Assembly: GCA_951406725.2 (NCBI GenBank)
Contig: OX597823.1
Span: forward strand, 108,748,001-108,812,000
Length of the DNA: 64,000 bases
Source: Octopus vulgaris
Taxonomy: Eukaryota
Direction of reading: 5' to 3'
Both the position numbers and the translations under genes were made by a program. The notes beneath the pieces were generated by a model, which did no database searches, had not been told where the DNA came from, and saw only the letters and a list, made by a program, of their open reading frames with translations. Positions 14,111-27,345 of the stretch are shown here, piece by piece. Numbering within the stretch: the first letter of the stretch is position 1; every line of letters begins with the position of its first letter.

Positions 14111-15043
14111 GTATGTTACTTAATTAATGTAAATGAATGAACAGAGCTAAAAAAAAAGGTTTTGTTATCTTTTGTTTTTGTTCATTCTTTTCTTTAAAAA
14201 AAGCTGGCCCTTTAAAAATTTTCTTTTAAAGAACAGTTCAGCCCATGGGTAAACCAATTTGAGCAAACTTATAATCAAAGACATCTCAGCCCTGACATAA
14301 TGTTTGAATTGGGGGTTCTACTTCTGTTACCCTAGGGGTAATCATTAGTAATTACATAATGATTGGTTCAATCATTTCAGCCCATCACTACCATCTTTAT
14401 CTTCATTTTCTTTCCAGTAACTACTATTCACCCTGGTATAATATGGGGTAGCCATGTATCCCTTCTATAGCAAAAACACTCACTGTCATACTTTAGCCCC
14501 TCAGCATCTGACATAACACCATCGCCCTAATACTCTTCCTGCCCACTTGGCCTTTTTTCCATTCTATTTCTGTCTTGCAACTTATTTGGTGGGGTCACTA
14601 GTGGCAGTCACATGGAAAAGCACCCAGTACACACTGTGAGGTGGTTGGCATTAGGAAATGGCATGAGGATTTTATAGTGTCCATAAGAGTTGTGCAGTGT
14701 GCATGAGAGTCACATAGAGTGCACAAGACTTGTGTAGTGTGCACCACAATTGTGTAGGGTGAACAAGAGTTGTGTAACTTGTGTGTCTTTTGAAGTTGTA
14801 CCGACAATGCTTTGATGCCTTTGTGATATTCTAATTCTGAATTGTTTAAATCATAATTGGTTGTGAGAAGGGAGTGCTGGTCACATGACTAGAAGTATAG
14901 TACGTTACTTCGTTACCTTATTTATTGTCTAGTTTGCTACCAGCAGGTGATAGCTATCATTATTTCTCAGATCATGTAATTAGCATTAGGAAGGTCATCT
15001 GTTCAGCAGTCATTGCATAATATTGGTAGAACTTGCTACTGAA

Positions 15044-15264
15044 CCCTTTCGTTACTGTATTTATTTTGAAATGCTCTGTGTTTCTTTCAATTACTTTAAA
15101 TATTACAAAGAAATTAGTAAAATAATTTGGTTATCATTCAGCTAGTGTTAGGAACATAAATTGTGACTAAGGTTTGATGGAAGATTTTAATTCAAAACTT
15201 ATGAAAACAAGACATTTGTATTACAGAACCAGAGCCGGTTTCAGCCGGGTTGGTAACAAAAGGG
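15044..15264. mobile_element. piggyBac-type MITE
   Basis: Ends CCCTTTCGTTAC ... GTAACAAAAGGG-TTAA; an inverted copy lies at 26321-26789. Confidence 0.8.
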
Positions 15265-16310
15265 TTAACTATACTTATTTTGTTCACAAGAAACATCTAC
15301 AAATGAAATTAATTCTCAGAATATTTCTATTTTTTACCATCTCCTCTTGTATATATTATTTAGTGATTCTCTCATTATTATTTTTGTAAGTACAGTGAAA
15401 TCTATGCACACAGAAGAGCTCAAATAAGACAGAAATATGTTCATAGCATCCAATATTTGCCAGTTTTAGCTTCAGTATCACTGATGACCTAATGCTTTGA
15501 TTATAAATAAAGGATTGAAGGATTTTGCTTACAGATGTAGAAGCCTCAATGCTGTGCTCAAGAAGCCCTGTCTGTCATGGCAAAAATGAGGTTCAAATGC
15601 ATGTTTATATCTACGCACTAACCATGCACTAACCCCTACATCCTTTCTGTGCCCAGAAAGCTTTCCCCATGATTATCTTCCATACAACTATCCCCCCATC
15701 ACACTTCTAACAGTGGCACTATTCAGCTGCTGTTGTCATATAACATATAACAGCAGAATCTGCATATATGTCATCTCTTATGTGTCACCAGTTACCTCTC
15801 CATCTCCTTGGAACCATCCTTCTTAAGCATTCATCCCTCATTCTCAGTATTATCCTATTTTTATTTTTACTTTCCATAGATCACCCTTTACTGTGTATCT
15901 AGTTATTTCTCCCTCTCCTCTGAGATCCATTGTAGGACACCTCCCATCTGCTAACACTCTGAAAGCATCTCACATCCAAGGTTGTCTTTACAATCTCTCC
16001 TTACCACTCTGCCACTCTGCATCTCATCCTTTTACTTTCTGATCTATCTAAATGTTTATCATACTCTTGATTTCCTCCTTCCAATATTATCACTTATCCT
16101 TTTCCTGCACTATTTCTTTTGTCTTCTCCACATATATTCATCATCTACCACACTTCCACACTTGCACATCCTACCATAATTTCTACCCCATCTGTAGCTC
16201 TCCCCTCACACTCTTGTAAACCACCATACATACTTGTAAACCACCATTCTCTCATACTCATACTTTCTCATTCTCACCCCGTTATATCTTTAAAATATGT
16301 TCTGACACCT

Positions 16311-16521
16311 TACTCTTTTACTCTTTTACTTGTTTCAGTCATTTGACTGCGGCCATGTTGGAGCACCACCTTTAGTTGAGCAAATCAACTCCAGGACTTA
16401 TTCTTTGTAAGTCTAGTACTTATTCTATTGGTCTCTTTTGCCGAACCACTACATTACAGGGACGTAAACACACCAGCATCGGTTGTCAAGCAATGTTGGG
16501 GAGACAAAAACAGACACACAA

Positions 16522-16562
<41 letters not shown>

Positions 16563-16733
16563 CATATATACGACGGACTTCTTTCAGTTTCCGTCTACCA
16601 AATCCATTCACAAGGCTTTGGTCAGCCTGAGGCTATAGTTGAAGACACTTGCCTAAGATGCCACGCAGTGGGACTGAACCCGGAAACATGTGGCTGGTAA
16701 GCAAGCTACTTACCACACAGCCACTCCTGCGCC
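16311..16733 (-). mobile_element. SINE family A
   Basis: Full-length match to the other copies. Confidence 0.93.
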
Positions 16734-16904
16734 TATTATTTTCACCAATATTTTTATATCCTCCAGCCACGACCACCCACTCTTATATAATGCAATGTAG
16801 ACACTAGTGCTTGTTCTCTCCATGTCATTTTTATGACGACTCTATTCAGTCGAAGGTTCTTTGTCTGACAAGTTATTTGGTAAGCTCACCAGTGCCAGTC
16901 ATAT

Positions 16905-17163
16905 GCAAAGAGCACCCCACCAAAAAATGATTCGAGCGAGGTCGTTGCCAGTACCGCCTGACTGGCCCCCATGCTGGTGGCACGTAAAAAGCACCCACAA
17001 CACTCTCAGAGTGGTTGGCGTTAGGAAGGGCATCCAGCTGTAGAAACTCTGCCAGATCAAGATTGGAGCCTGGCACAGCCATCTGGCTTGCCAGCCCTCA
17101 GTCAAGATCGTCCAACCCATGCTAGCATGGAAAGTGGACGTTAAACGATGATGATGATGATGA
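16905..17163 (+). mobile_element. Family B retroposon (RTE-type tail)
   Basis: GGTGGCACGTAAAAAGCACC unit, GTTGGCGTTAGGAAGGGCATCCAGCTGTAGAAAC, and GGACGTTAAACGATGATG tail. Confidence 0.88.
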
Positions 17164-17369
17164 AAGTGGTTGGTAGAAAGAAGGGCATCTAGCAATAGAA
17201 ACCATGCCAAAGGGGACACTGGAACTCAAAGCAGTTCTTTAGCTCATTGGATCTTATTGAACCATCCAACCCATGCCAGCATCGAAGACAAACATTAAAT
17301 GATGGCCAGAATTCAGTAAACTCATTCAAAAGTGATGAGGTAGAAAATACTAACAGAACAAGAAGTGGT

Positions 17370-17845
17370 TAAATTTGAACACAAGTAAGGCTAAAATTCA
17401 TCTTTAAACCGTAGCATCTCTGTTATTTTTAGAAATCATTTAATATAATTATGCTTATTTGAAAGATTTCAATGAAAGGAATCTATTTTTGTAAACCAAG
17501 TTATAAAAGATGCAGTAGAAAAATGCCTATCAGGCAAAAAATGGTCAAACTGGAAAGGAAGTAATGCCTGGCATCGCATTTGAATCATCATATTTCAGTT
17601 ACTTAAAAAAAAATGGTATAATGATGCTTAATGGAAAGATTTCAATGAAAGAAATCTATTTCTGTGAACCTCCTCAAAATTGGTTACAGTAAGAGAAAAC
17701 TCAAAAAGCAAAAAAGTGATCAAATTTGAATGAGTGTAAGACCTAAATTAATCTTTAAGTCAACATATCTCTGTTAATTTGCAGAAAAATTAATTAGTAT
17801 AATTAAGTTTTACTAAAAGAGCTGAATGGTAGGAATATAATACTG
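17370..17845. repeat. Degenerate tandem repeat, period about 175 bp, 3 units
   Basis: GAAAGATTTCAATGAAAG.AATCTATTT at 17461 and 17635; AAATTTGAA...ATCTTTAA...ATCTCTGTTA at 17371 and 17722. Confidence 0.55.
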
Positions 17846-19341
17846 AAAACCATGTCAAAATTGGCAAGGTGGAAAAAAAAAAATTATTAATTAAAAAGAG
17901 GTCAAATTGTAGGGTGATCAGGAATAAATTATGTGATATTGAAAGGTTTGTGGAAAAACTTAAGTTAAAAATGCAGAGAAGAGGAGTAACATTGCACTAC
18001 TTCGCTATTTTGACTGGTTTTTTTCCAGTTCCACCCAGTTTGTGTATGATATGGTTTGTTTACCCCCCTTTTTTTTTTTTGTTCTTTGGATGATAGCATT
18101 ATACAAGCTAAAACATTTTCTGATTTTCCAATATTTTGAAGGTATGAATATTTAATAAATTATATAAAGAAAGTGGATTTTAGGTGAAAAACAAAAAAAT
18201 CAGCTCTTTAGATGTAACTGTCAAATGGAAAAATTAGGAGCTTTTGGTGCAAGTTTATAAGCAAAGCAATATTTTGCGTTCAAATTTGATAAAACACCAA
18301 AAATATTTGAAAATAAGATTATTTTTACATGATTTTTGTATTTGGTTTGCAAGATTCTTGATGTGAACTCATGTGTTGGAACAAATTTCGTTGTAATTTG
18401 GGAGGGTCATTGCACTAATAAACACACATACACACACTGGTTCAGTTTCACTTCTTTATTATTAGTCAATTGGTTAGTTACTTAACCTACAAACTAATTG
18501 ATCATTTATTTAATTTGTCAGTTGTTTGTCAAAGTCCTTTCATCATCATTTGTGACCTCATCAGTGACATGCCTTCTCTCCTTCAGGTGTGTTTCAGCCT
18601 CTCTGAAAATTAGTCCTATGTCTATGTATATGCATAGGTGTTATCACTTACAAGAGAAGTGAAGGAAGAACATAAAGGAAGTGCATGTGTATGAGTGTAT
18701 GTGTATATACAACTACATGCATATGTGTGTGTATGTTTGTATATTTATTTGAATGCATGTGTTTGTGTATGTGTGCACATTGGCCACTGCTTTAGTAATT
18801 CTCTACATATCTATTTCTCTTCATATCTAACTTTCTACTACCTTATCTCCTGCCTGTCGACCACTCTCCCTTTCTGGAATTCATCCATCTTCTTTATCAC
18901 TCCTCCTCTCTATTATTCTATATTTCTACCATTCCACCATCTACCACTTTTCTTTCCTACTCCTCTACATCTTTGCCATTCCACCATTACCATTGTTCCT
19001 TTTCTGCTACTCTTTTCCATTACCTCTCCACCACTCTCCACCTCTCTCTTTCTATCAATATCTCTCTACATTTCTATCTCTCCACCTCTCTCTTTCTATC
19101 AATATCTCTCTACATTTCTATCTCTCCACCTTTTATTCCACAAACTTACCACACTTTAATTTTGTCTAGTGCTATCTTTCTACCAGCGTATCTTCCTCTC
19201 TCTCTCTCTCTGTACCTGTCTACCTTTCTACCCCTCTACCAATCTACCTGTCTGCCTTAGTACAAAATCAACAGTCATATTGCAAAATTTCATCTTCAGC
19301 ATTGTTATTTTATTTTTACCCTTAAATTTTCCCTAACTTAC

Positions 19342-19411
19342 CGATGTATAGAAATTTGAATGAAATGCTAACTGCCAATTGTAAACAATTTAAACAACCT
19401 GTTATTATCAT
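19342..19411 (-). CDS. Candidate first coding exon part (MIITGCLNCLQLAVSISFKFLYI)
   Basis: ATG downstream of an in-frame stop, hydrophobic peptide, G|GTAAGT donor in phase 1, within about 400 bp of unique sequence. Confidence 0.22.
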
Positions 19412-19789
19412 GACTGGTAATTTAGAACTTTTCAATGCATTATTTTACTGAAGATAACAGCAGAGAAATGTCTAAAATAACAATGGCTTGAAAAATACAG
19501 CCAAAGATGTTATAGAGATTATACTTTTGCAGTGGAATGAATATAAAGTCGATTTAGCATCAAGTTAGCAATCAATGTTTGTACCCCCTGGACGTGAAGA
19601 AAATAGTAATTATCCCTTTTTAACAAAGATTTGCACAATTTAATCCTTGCTTTCAATGGGATTTTAACTGAAGATGTGCCATTTAAGAAGAATCAATAAA
19701 AGACAAGCTAGCAGAAAATAGTTTTACTGTCTACAATAATTTCAAATGTTGCTGGCTAAATTACACAGAATGTAAAGTTGTTTTATAGA

Positions 19790-20125
19790 GGCACATATAC
19801 AGAGAAAAGACACACACATAACACACATATATTTGTGTGTGCGTATATACATATATTCATACATACATACATGCATATTATACATATAGAAAATAAAGAT
19901 TTTATATATATAGATATATACATATGTTTGTATATATATGTATATATATATATATATATATGTAATATATATATATGATATATATGATACACACATATAT
20001 ACATACATACATAAATACAAAAATATATATATATATATAATATACACATACATACATAAATACAAACATATACATATATATATCGATATATATACACTTT
20101 ATGTACATACATGTATATGTCTATG

Positions 20126-20192
<67 letters not shown>

Positions 20193-20597
20193 GTCTGTCT
20201 ATCTATCTATCTGTCTGTCTGCCAGTCTGTCTGTCTGTCTGTCTGCCGATCTATCTATCTATCTTTCTATCTTTCTGTCTGTCTATCTATTTCTGTCTGT
20301 CTCTCTGTCACTCTATGTGTCTGTGAGTGTGTCTGTAAAAGTAATTATGTAAGTATGTGTGTAGTTATTATATGCATAATGATGTATGTATGTGCATGTG
20401 TGTTTGTATTTGTATGAATTTAATTATATATTTACGTATTAAAAAAACTTAAGGTGGTATTTACATATGTATAGGTATATATACAGAATTACACAAACAC
20501 ACACTAATAAATATAAACACATATAGATACATATATACACACACACATGTGTACACACATACATATGCTCATATACATGCATACATATATGTATATA

Positions 20598-20645
<48 letters not shown>

Positions 20646-20845
20646 CATCTATGTATATATATATAAATATATATTTTCATATGCATACATATATAAGCAT
20701 ATACATATATATATGTATATACATATATACATACATACACATACATACATATATACATACACTCACATACATATACATACATGTGTACACACATACATAT
20801 GCTCATATACATGCATACATATATGTATATATATATTTATATATG

Positions 20846-20913
<68 letters not shown>

Positions 20914-21027
20914 TATATATTTTTATATGCATACATATATACATACATACACACATACATACATACATACATACATTCATACATACATACATACAAACAT
21001 ACATACATTCCTACATACATACATACA

Positions 21028-21063
<36 letters not shown>

Positions 21064-21085
21064 CACTCATACATATACATACCTA
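19790..21085. repeat. Compound microsatellite (TA, TCTA, TACA) with an internal duplication
   Basis: Seen directly; CATGTGTACACACATACATATGCTCATATACATGCATAC occurs at about 20546 and 20780. Confidence 0.9.
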
Positions 21086-21698
21086 CTATCAATTTAATAA
21101 ATAGGCTTTGCGAACATAAACAGCTTAGTCTTAAAATGTCTCTCCAATTAAATCGGACCAATTCTATATTGTAATTATATTTTCAAAAATATCTATATTT
21201 CTTTTTTTATTCTTCTCTAGAAAGATGTAATCAAAATTTGTATAGTTTTGCTATATTTCATCATCGTGGTGAATATATCAAACTGTATAGACACTTTTAA
21301 GTGTGTAAAGTTTTGTGTACACGCATAGGTTTGTGTGTAGAAATGGGAGGGCGTGAATGTGTGAATAGTTTTGATTCTGTATTTAGAGTTTTATAATTGT
21401 GTTTAGGAAAGTATAGCGGGAGAGTTTATAGCTGTTGGCTATGTGTGAGGTTGTGTGTTTGAGTGTATGTGTGTGAGGTAGAACCCAATTATTAATACAA
21501 TACATATATGGATGCACATAAGGACACATACATTTATATGAGCACACACGCACACACAAACACACAAATATACATACACACACAAGTTTAATCATTTCCC
21601 TTTATGTATGCATGCTTATAGGTAAATTTGTGTGTGTGTGTGTGTGTTTGTGTACTTGTTACATATGCAAATTGGTACAATGATAGCAGAGGTAATAA

Positions 21699-22005
21699 GT
21701 TGTTTGTTCCTTTTCGAGCCTCACCTGGCTCATAAGGGCCGCTTTCCCGGTTTCCTTGGCGTATAGGTTCCCCACCTGGACGGGACTACAGTCCATCGCA
21801 GGTGAGCGGCAAGATGCAGGAGGAAAGAGTGAGAGAAAGTTGTGGTGAAAGAGTCAGCAGAAGTTTCGCCATTACCTTCTGCCGGAGCTGCATGGAGCTT
21901 AGGTGTTTCGCTCATAAACACACACATCGTCCAGTCTGAGATTTGAACCTGTGAACCCTCAACTGCGAGTCCGCTGCTCTAGCCACTAGGCCATGTGCCT
22001 CCACA
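21699..22005 (-). mobile_element. SINE family D (tail type 1)
   Basis: Head TGTGGAGGCACATGGCCTAGTGG, B box GGTTCAAATC, GCGATGGACTG...CCCGTCCAG domain; TSD CAGAGGTAATAA at 21687-21698 and 22004-22015. Confidence 0.9.
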
Positions 22006-22448
22006 GAGGTAATAAATAAGAGATGAAGGAGAAAAGAAATACTGGAGGGTATTAGATATAGATTTAATGACAACATAATGGTCCAGAGACCACATTACAC
22101 ATGCATAAAAAATGGGTGGGGGGTGATCAAAGGGCCTTTGCAAACCACAAGCTCATATGGCTGGTTTCCTGGATCTTGTGGTGTATATATTCCACCCTTC
22201 TGAACAGAGTGCCAATCCATCCCAGGATTATTCCTTTTTGCCTGCTGTGGGGGCTGGAACAATGTGAAATGAAGTGACCTGCTCAAGAATACAACATATT
22301 GCCTGGTTCAGGAATCGAAACCCCAATTTTACAATCATGATTGCAACACCCAAACCACTAAGCTACAGGTCTCTGCACATTCATGTATATATACTGTACA
22401 TAATGACTGAAATTTGATCTCAGTCAATGCCATTGCAAGCTTGTTCAC

Positions 22449-22591
22449 TGGCTGTGTGGTAAGTAGCTTGCTCACCAACTACATTGTTCTGGGTTCAGTC
22501 CCACTTGGGCAAAGTGTCTTCTACTATAGCCTTGGGTTGACCAAAGCCTTGTGAGTAGATTTGGTAAATGGAAACTGAAAGAAGCCCATTG

Positions 22592-22622
<31 letters not shown>

Positions 22623-22843
22623 GTACATGTCTGTGTGTGTATGTTTGTGTGCCTGTGTTTGTCCCCCAATATCGCTTGACAAATGCTGCCGGTGTGTTTA
22701 CATCGCCATAACTTAATGGTTCAGCAAAAGAGACCAATAAAATAAATACTAGGCTCACAAAGAATAAATCCTGGGGTCGATTTGCTTGACTAAAGGTAGT
22801 GCACCAGCTTGGCCGCAGTCAAATGACTGAAACAAATAAAAGA
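22449..22843 (+). mobile_element. SINE family A
   Basis: Moderately diverged, near full-length copy. Confidence 0.9.
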
Positions 22844-23554
22844 ATTAGGTATGAGAAGTATGGATGTGACTTTTCAGTTCTGCTACATGGTCTTGGTGAG
22901 ATGCAGCAATGATGAGTGCCTCCTACAGCCTGTGTTCAGACGGCTTCCTACTCATCCTGGCACAGGACTTCATTCTATCATGAATTTTTCATTGAGTCCT
23001 TTGCTTTTTTTTGGCAACATCAAGCCATAGAGTGTTTGATGTTAAAAATTAAGTGATGCTTGTACCTGAAATATTTCAAAGTGAGAAAAGGTATTGCACA
23101 GGGCCAGTCCCACTTTCTAAACAACACACGCATTTGCCTCAAAAAAACTCATCTATATCACTGGATGCAAATGAAGTTTCAGGAGTTACATCTGAGTTTT
23201 CTTTCTCTCTACCAGAGAAATGCCTTAAGAAAAACTAGGGAGGCTCTCCCATTCCCAGTTGGATAGCCATTGACTCTATTGAGTTCATCTGCCTTTTGAC
23301 AGGTGTTTTTGTCCTGCAGGGTGTCCAATGAAAACCATCCACCTTACCAAAGCTAGCTTGATAGGGTTGCCAGTTTTGTCACTGACAACCTATCATGTGG
23401 CATGTTATACTGGGTTGCCTTTAACAAGTAGCACTAAGAGTGACCTCACATACATTCATATATGTATTTATTTTCTGTGCTATCACACTCTGATAGCCAT
23501 CATGTGTGTATGTGTGTGTGTGTGTTTTTTTATATATATATATATATATATAAG

Positions 23555-24137
23555 CAGGGTAGCCCAAAAGAAGGTTTATAGTTATCACATAGGTACTTTA
23601 CATTTCTTTTAAAACATTTCATTACAGTCTCCTTTAGAGAGATTTAGAAATATCAATATTTCTATTTTTGAAAACCAGTGGACGTATTCCACTGAATTTA
23701 GGTAAATAATCCTTCGAACAGACGGTCAACAGCAATGCCTGCTGGGTTTGACTACTCCACATTGATAAGGGGCAACTAACCCGAAACTAGTCTGTGGACA
23801 CCAAACCAGGAAGGGGAAGCTGCTGACCTCACCTGTTCAAAGGGTATAAGGTACACAGGTTTGTGTGTCACATAGCTAGCTAGAGGTGATGGCCTCTGGG
23901 AGCTAATCAACAGCAGCATTCGTGCTATTTTCCTGGACTGCCATGTTAGCATGGTGATAACTATTAATTTCATTACATTTAAATTTCTATCTTACAAACT
24001 GTAAAGGGAGCTTGAGAAAATTAACTAAATTAGCATAGAACAATGGTTTCATATGTTTTTATAATTAAGATCTAAACTGTAAATGTATGAATGCGAAAGA
24101 GACAATTGAATAACTGTAAACCTACTTTTGGGCCACC

Positions 24138-24140
<3 letters not shown>
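23555..24140. mobile_element. Tc1/mariner-type MITE
   Basis: 29-bp TIRs CAGGGT(A/G)GCCCAAAAG(A/T)AGGTTTA(T/C)AGTT at 23555-23583 and 24112-24140 (3 mismatches), lying within TA tracts. Confidence 0.8.
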
Positions 24141-24169
<29 letters not shown>

Positions 24170-24170
<1 letters not shown>

Positions 24171-24430
24171 CTGGCGTCCGTGTTGGTGACACATAAAAGC
24201 ACCAACCGATCGTGGCTGTTTGCCAGCCTCCCCTGGCCCCTGTGCCGGTGGCACGTAAAAATCACACACTACACTCTCGGAGTGGTTGGCATTAGGAAGG
24301 GCATCCAGCTGTAGAAACACTGCCAAACATGACTGGAGCCTGGTGCAGCCTCCATGGCTTACCAGACCCTGGTCGAACCGTCCAACCCATGCTAGCATGG
24401 AAAACGGACGTTAAATGATGATGATGATGA
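24170..24430 (+). mobile_element. Family B retroposon
   Basis: Two repeat units plus RTE-type tail and (GAT)n, with (TA)n on both sides. Confidence 0.9.
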
Positions 24431-24456
24431 TATATATATATATATATATATATATA

Positions 24457-24621
24457 GGCGCAGGAGTGGCTGTGTGGTAAGTAGCTTGCTAACCAACCAC
24501 ATGGTTCCGGGTTCAGTCCCACTGCGTGGCACCTTAGGCAAGTGTCTTCTGCTATGGCCCCGGGCCGACCAATGCCTTGTGAGTGGATTTGGTAGACGGA
24601 AACTGAAAGAAGCCTGTCGGA

Positions 24622-24719
<98 letters not shown>

Positions 24720-24945
24720 TGTGTGTGTATGTGTTTGTGCGCCTGTGTTTGTCCCCCTAGCATTGCTTGACAACTGATGTTGGTGTGTTTACGTCCCCGT
24801 CACTTAGCAGTTCGGCAAAAGAGACCAATAGAATAAGTACTGGGCTTACAAAGAATAAGTCCTGGGGTTGATTTGCTCGACTAAAAGCGGTGCTCCAGCA
24901 TGGCTGCAGTCAAATAACTGAAACAAGTAAAAGAGAGTAAAAGAG
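24457..24945 (+). mobile_element. SINE family A with expanded internal (TA)n
   Basis: Full length; internal TA tract of about 95 bp. Confidence 0.93.
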
Positions 24946-25370
24946 ATATATACACACACACATATATGTATATATGTGTGTATATATATATACACACACA
25001 CACACACATACATGTGTGTGAGAAGGAGAGAGATGCAGATCCCTATGCCAGGATCTACTCTGCCCCCACCTCTCATTGTAATCCCCTTGTTCTCTAACTT
25101 GAAGCTGATCCTCTCCCACCTCTCCCAAAGCCCGTAATACTGTGAAGTGGCTGGTGACCTCAGTAGTGCAGTTGGTATGAAAAGAGCATTCAGTCCATGC
25201 CATAAAGTGGTTGGCATTAGGAAAGGCACCCAGCCATAAAAACCTGATATTTGGGCTGAATGTAATCCTTGGACACAAATACTGCCAACATGGGATGAGA
25301 ACTTTAAATGGGGATGATGACGATGCTTATGATCTAACATGAAATTGACACAATGGTATGGATGGCACAT

Positions 25371-25621
25371 ACTCTCTCTACTCTTTTACTCTCTTTTACT
25401 CTCTTTTACGTGTTTCAGTCATTTGACTGTAGCCATGCTGGAGTACCACCTTTAGTTGAGCAAACTGACCCCAGGACTTATTCTTTGTAAGCCTAGTACT
25501 TACTCTGTCAGTCTCTTTGCCGAACCGCTAAGTTACGGGGATGTAAACACACCAGCATCGGTTGTCAAGCAATGTTTGGAAGACAAACACAGACACAGAA
25601 ACATACACACACACACATACG

Positions 25622-25654
<33 letters not shown>

Positions 25655-26122
25655 CATCATCATCATCATCATCGTTTAGCGTCCGCTTTCCATGCTAGCA
25701 TGGCTTGGATGGTTCTACTAGGGTCTGGGAAGCCAGGAGGCTGCACCAGACCCAGTCTGATCTGGCAATGTTTCTACAGCTGGATGCCCTTCCTAACGCC
25801 AACCACTCCGTGAGTGTAGTGGGTGCTTTTTACGTGCCACCGGCACAGGTGCCAGACGAGTCTGGCAAACGGCCACGATCAGATGGTGCTTTTTACGTGC
25901 CACCGGCACGAGGCCAGTCGGGCCTCGTATATATATATATATATATATATACATATATATGATGGGCTTCTTTCAGTTTCCGTCTACCAAATCCAATCAC
26001 AAGGTTTTGGTTGGCCCAAGGCAATAGTAGAAGACACTTGCCCAAGGTGCCATGCAGTGGGTGTGAACCTGGAACCATGTGGTTTGTAAGCAAGCTACTT
26101 ACTAAACAGCCACTCCTACACC
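25371..26122 (-). mobile_element. SINE family A split by a family B insertion
   Basis: The two halves are collinear across the central microsatellite. Confidence 0.9.
25654..25921 (-). mobile_element. Family B retroposon nested in SINE A
   Basis: (CAT)n tail, tail body and two repeat units, inside (TA)n. Confidence 0.9.
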
Positions 26123-26320
26123 TATATGTGGATTTCATTCTCCATTCTGCAAGTTAACCGTTTAGCATTTAAACAGACCATGTCTGGCCAAAATATTCTG
26201 CCTGTTTTATGTTAAAACTGGCCAGATCTGGCTTCTCACATCCATCCTACAATGTCATTCTAAAAGTAAAAAAAAACACAAAGTTTGAAATCTCAAAGTT
26301 GTGAAATAATGCATGTTTAA

Positions 26321-26789
26321 TTAACTGTTTCGTTACCAACCTGGCTGACACCATCTCTGGCTGTGTGTACAAATGTCTTGTTTTCATAAGTTTTTAATTA
26401 AAATCTTCCACCAAACCTTAGTCGCAATTTATGTTCCTAACACTAGCTTAATAATAACTAAGGTAGCTAGCTGGCAGAAACATAAGCGCTCCTGGCGAAA
26501 TGCTTAGTAGTATTTCGTCTGCCGTTACATTCTGATTTCAAGTTCCGCCGAGGTCGACTTTGCTTTTCATCCTTTCGGGGTTGATAAATAAAGTACCAGT
26601 TACACACTGGAGTCGATGTAGTCGACTTAATCCGTTTGTCTGTCCTTGTGTGTCCCCTCTGTATTTAGCCACTTGTGGGCAATAAAAAAATAGATAACCA
26701 AGTTATTTTTCTAAATTCTTTGTTACGTTTAAAATTAATTGAAAGAAACATAGAGCTTGTCAATAGAAATAGGGTAACAAAAGGATTAA
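26321..26789. mobile_element. piggyBac-type MITE (inner element), interrupted by SINE C
   Basis: TTAA-CTGTTTCGTTACC ... GGTAACAAAAGGA-TTAA; reverse complement of 15044-15264. Confidence 0.8.
26462..26693 (+). mobile_element. SINE family C
   Basis: Full length; imperfect TSD ATAAC(T/C)AAG. Confidence 0.9.
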
Positions 26790-26867
26790 AAACTATGTGG
26801 ATAGATAAACATTACATTTGACAGAGTAATCTGAATGCCAAAGGGTTAAAGATTTGGTTCTTCTGTA

Positions 26868-26879
26868 CATCATCACCAC

Positions 26880-26921
<42 letters not shown>

Positions 26922-27345
26922 TATCATCATCATCATCGTCATCATCATCATCATCGTTTAACGTCCGTTTTCCGTGCTAGCATGGATTGGACGGTTCAAC
27001 CAGGGTCTGGTAAGCCAGGAGGCTGCACCAAGCTCCTGTTTGATCTGGCAGTGTTTCTACAGCTGGATGCCCTTCCTAACGCCAACCCCTCCGTGAGTGT
27101 AGAGTTTGCTTTTTACATGCCAGTGGAGGCTGGCAACGGCCATGATCGGTTGGTGCTTTTTACGTGCCACCGGCACAGAAGCCAGTCAAGGCGGCGCTGG
27201 CATCGGCCACGTAAAAGATGGTGCTTTTTACGTGCCACCTGGACAGGTGCCAGGGGAGGCTGGCAACGGCCACAATCAGTTGGTGCCTTTTACGTGCCAC
27301 TGGCACGGAAGCCAGTCAAGGCGGCGCTGGCATCGGCCACGTACA
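26868..27345 (-). mobile_element. Family B retroposon with long (CAT)n tail
   Basis: Tail body plus about 4 alternating repeat units. Confidence 0.9.

Larger units (their letters stand above)
15530..17305 (+). mobile_element. Old RTE 3' end/3' UTR, interrupted by family A and a younger family B copy
   Basis: TGCTGTGCTCAAGAAGCCCTGTC resembles 10766-10790; long pyrimidine-rich tract; ends CAACCCATGCCAGCATCGAAG...ATTAAATGATG. Confidence 0.55.
26155..26848. mobile_element. piggyBac-type MITE (outer element)
   Basis: TTAA-CCGTTTAGCATTT ... GAATGCCAAAGGG-TTAA; a partial second copy lies at 51120-51292. Confidence 0.75.

Noticed and set aside
24195-24260. GCCAGCCTCCCCTGGC in family B resembles the HDV ribozyme P2/P3/L3 sequence
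   Set aside because: No P1 pairing and no catalytic C-N-R-A junction; other units conserve only the GCCAG/CTGGC hairpin.
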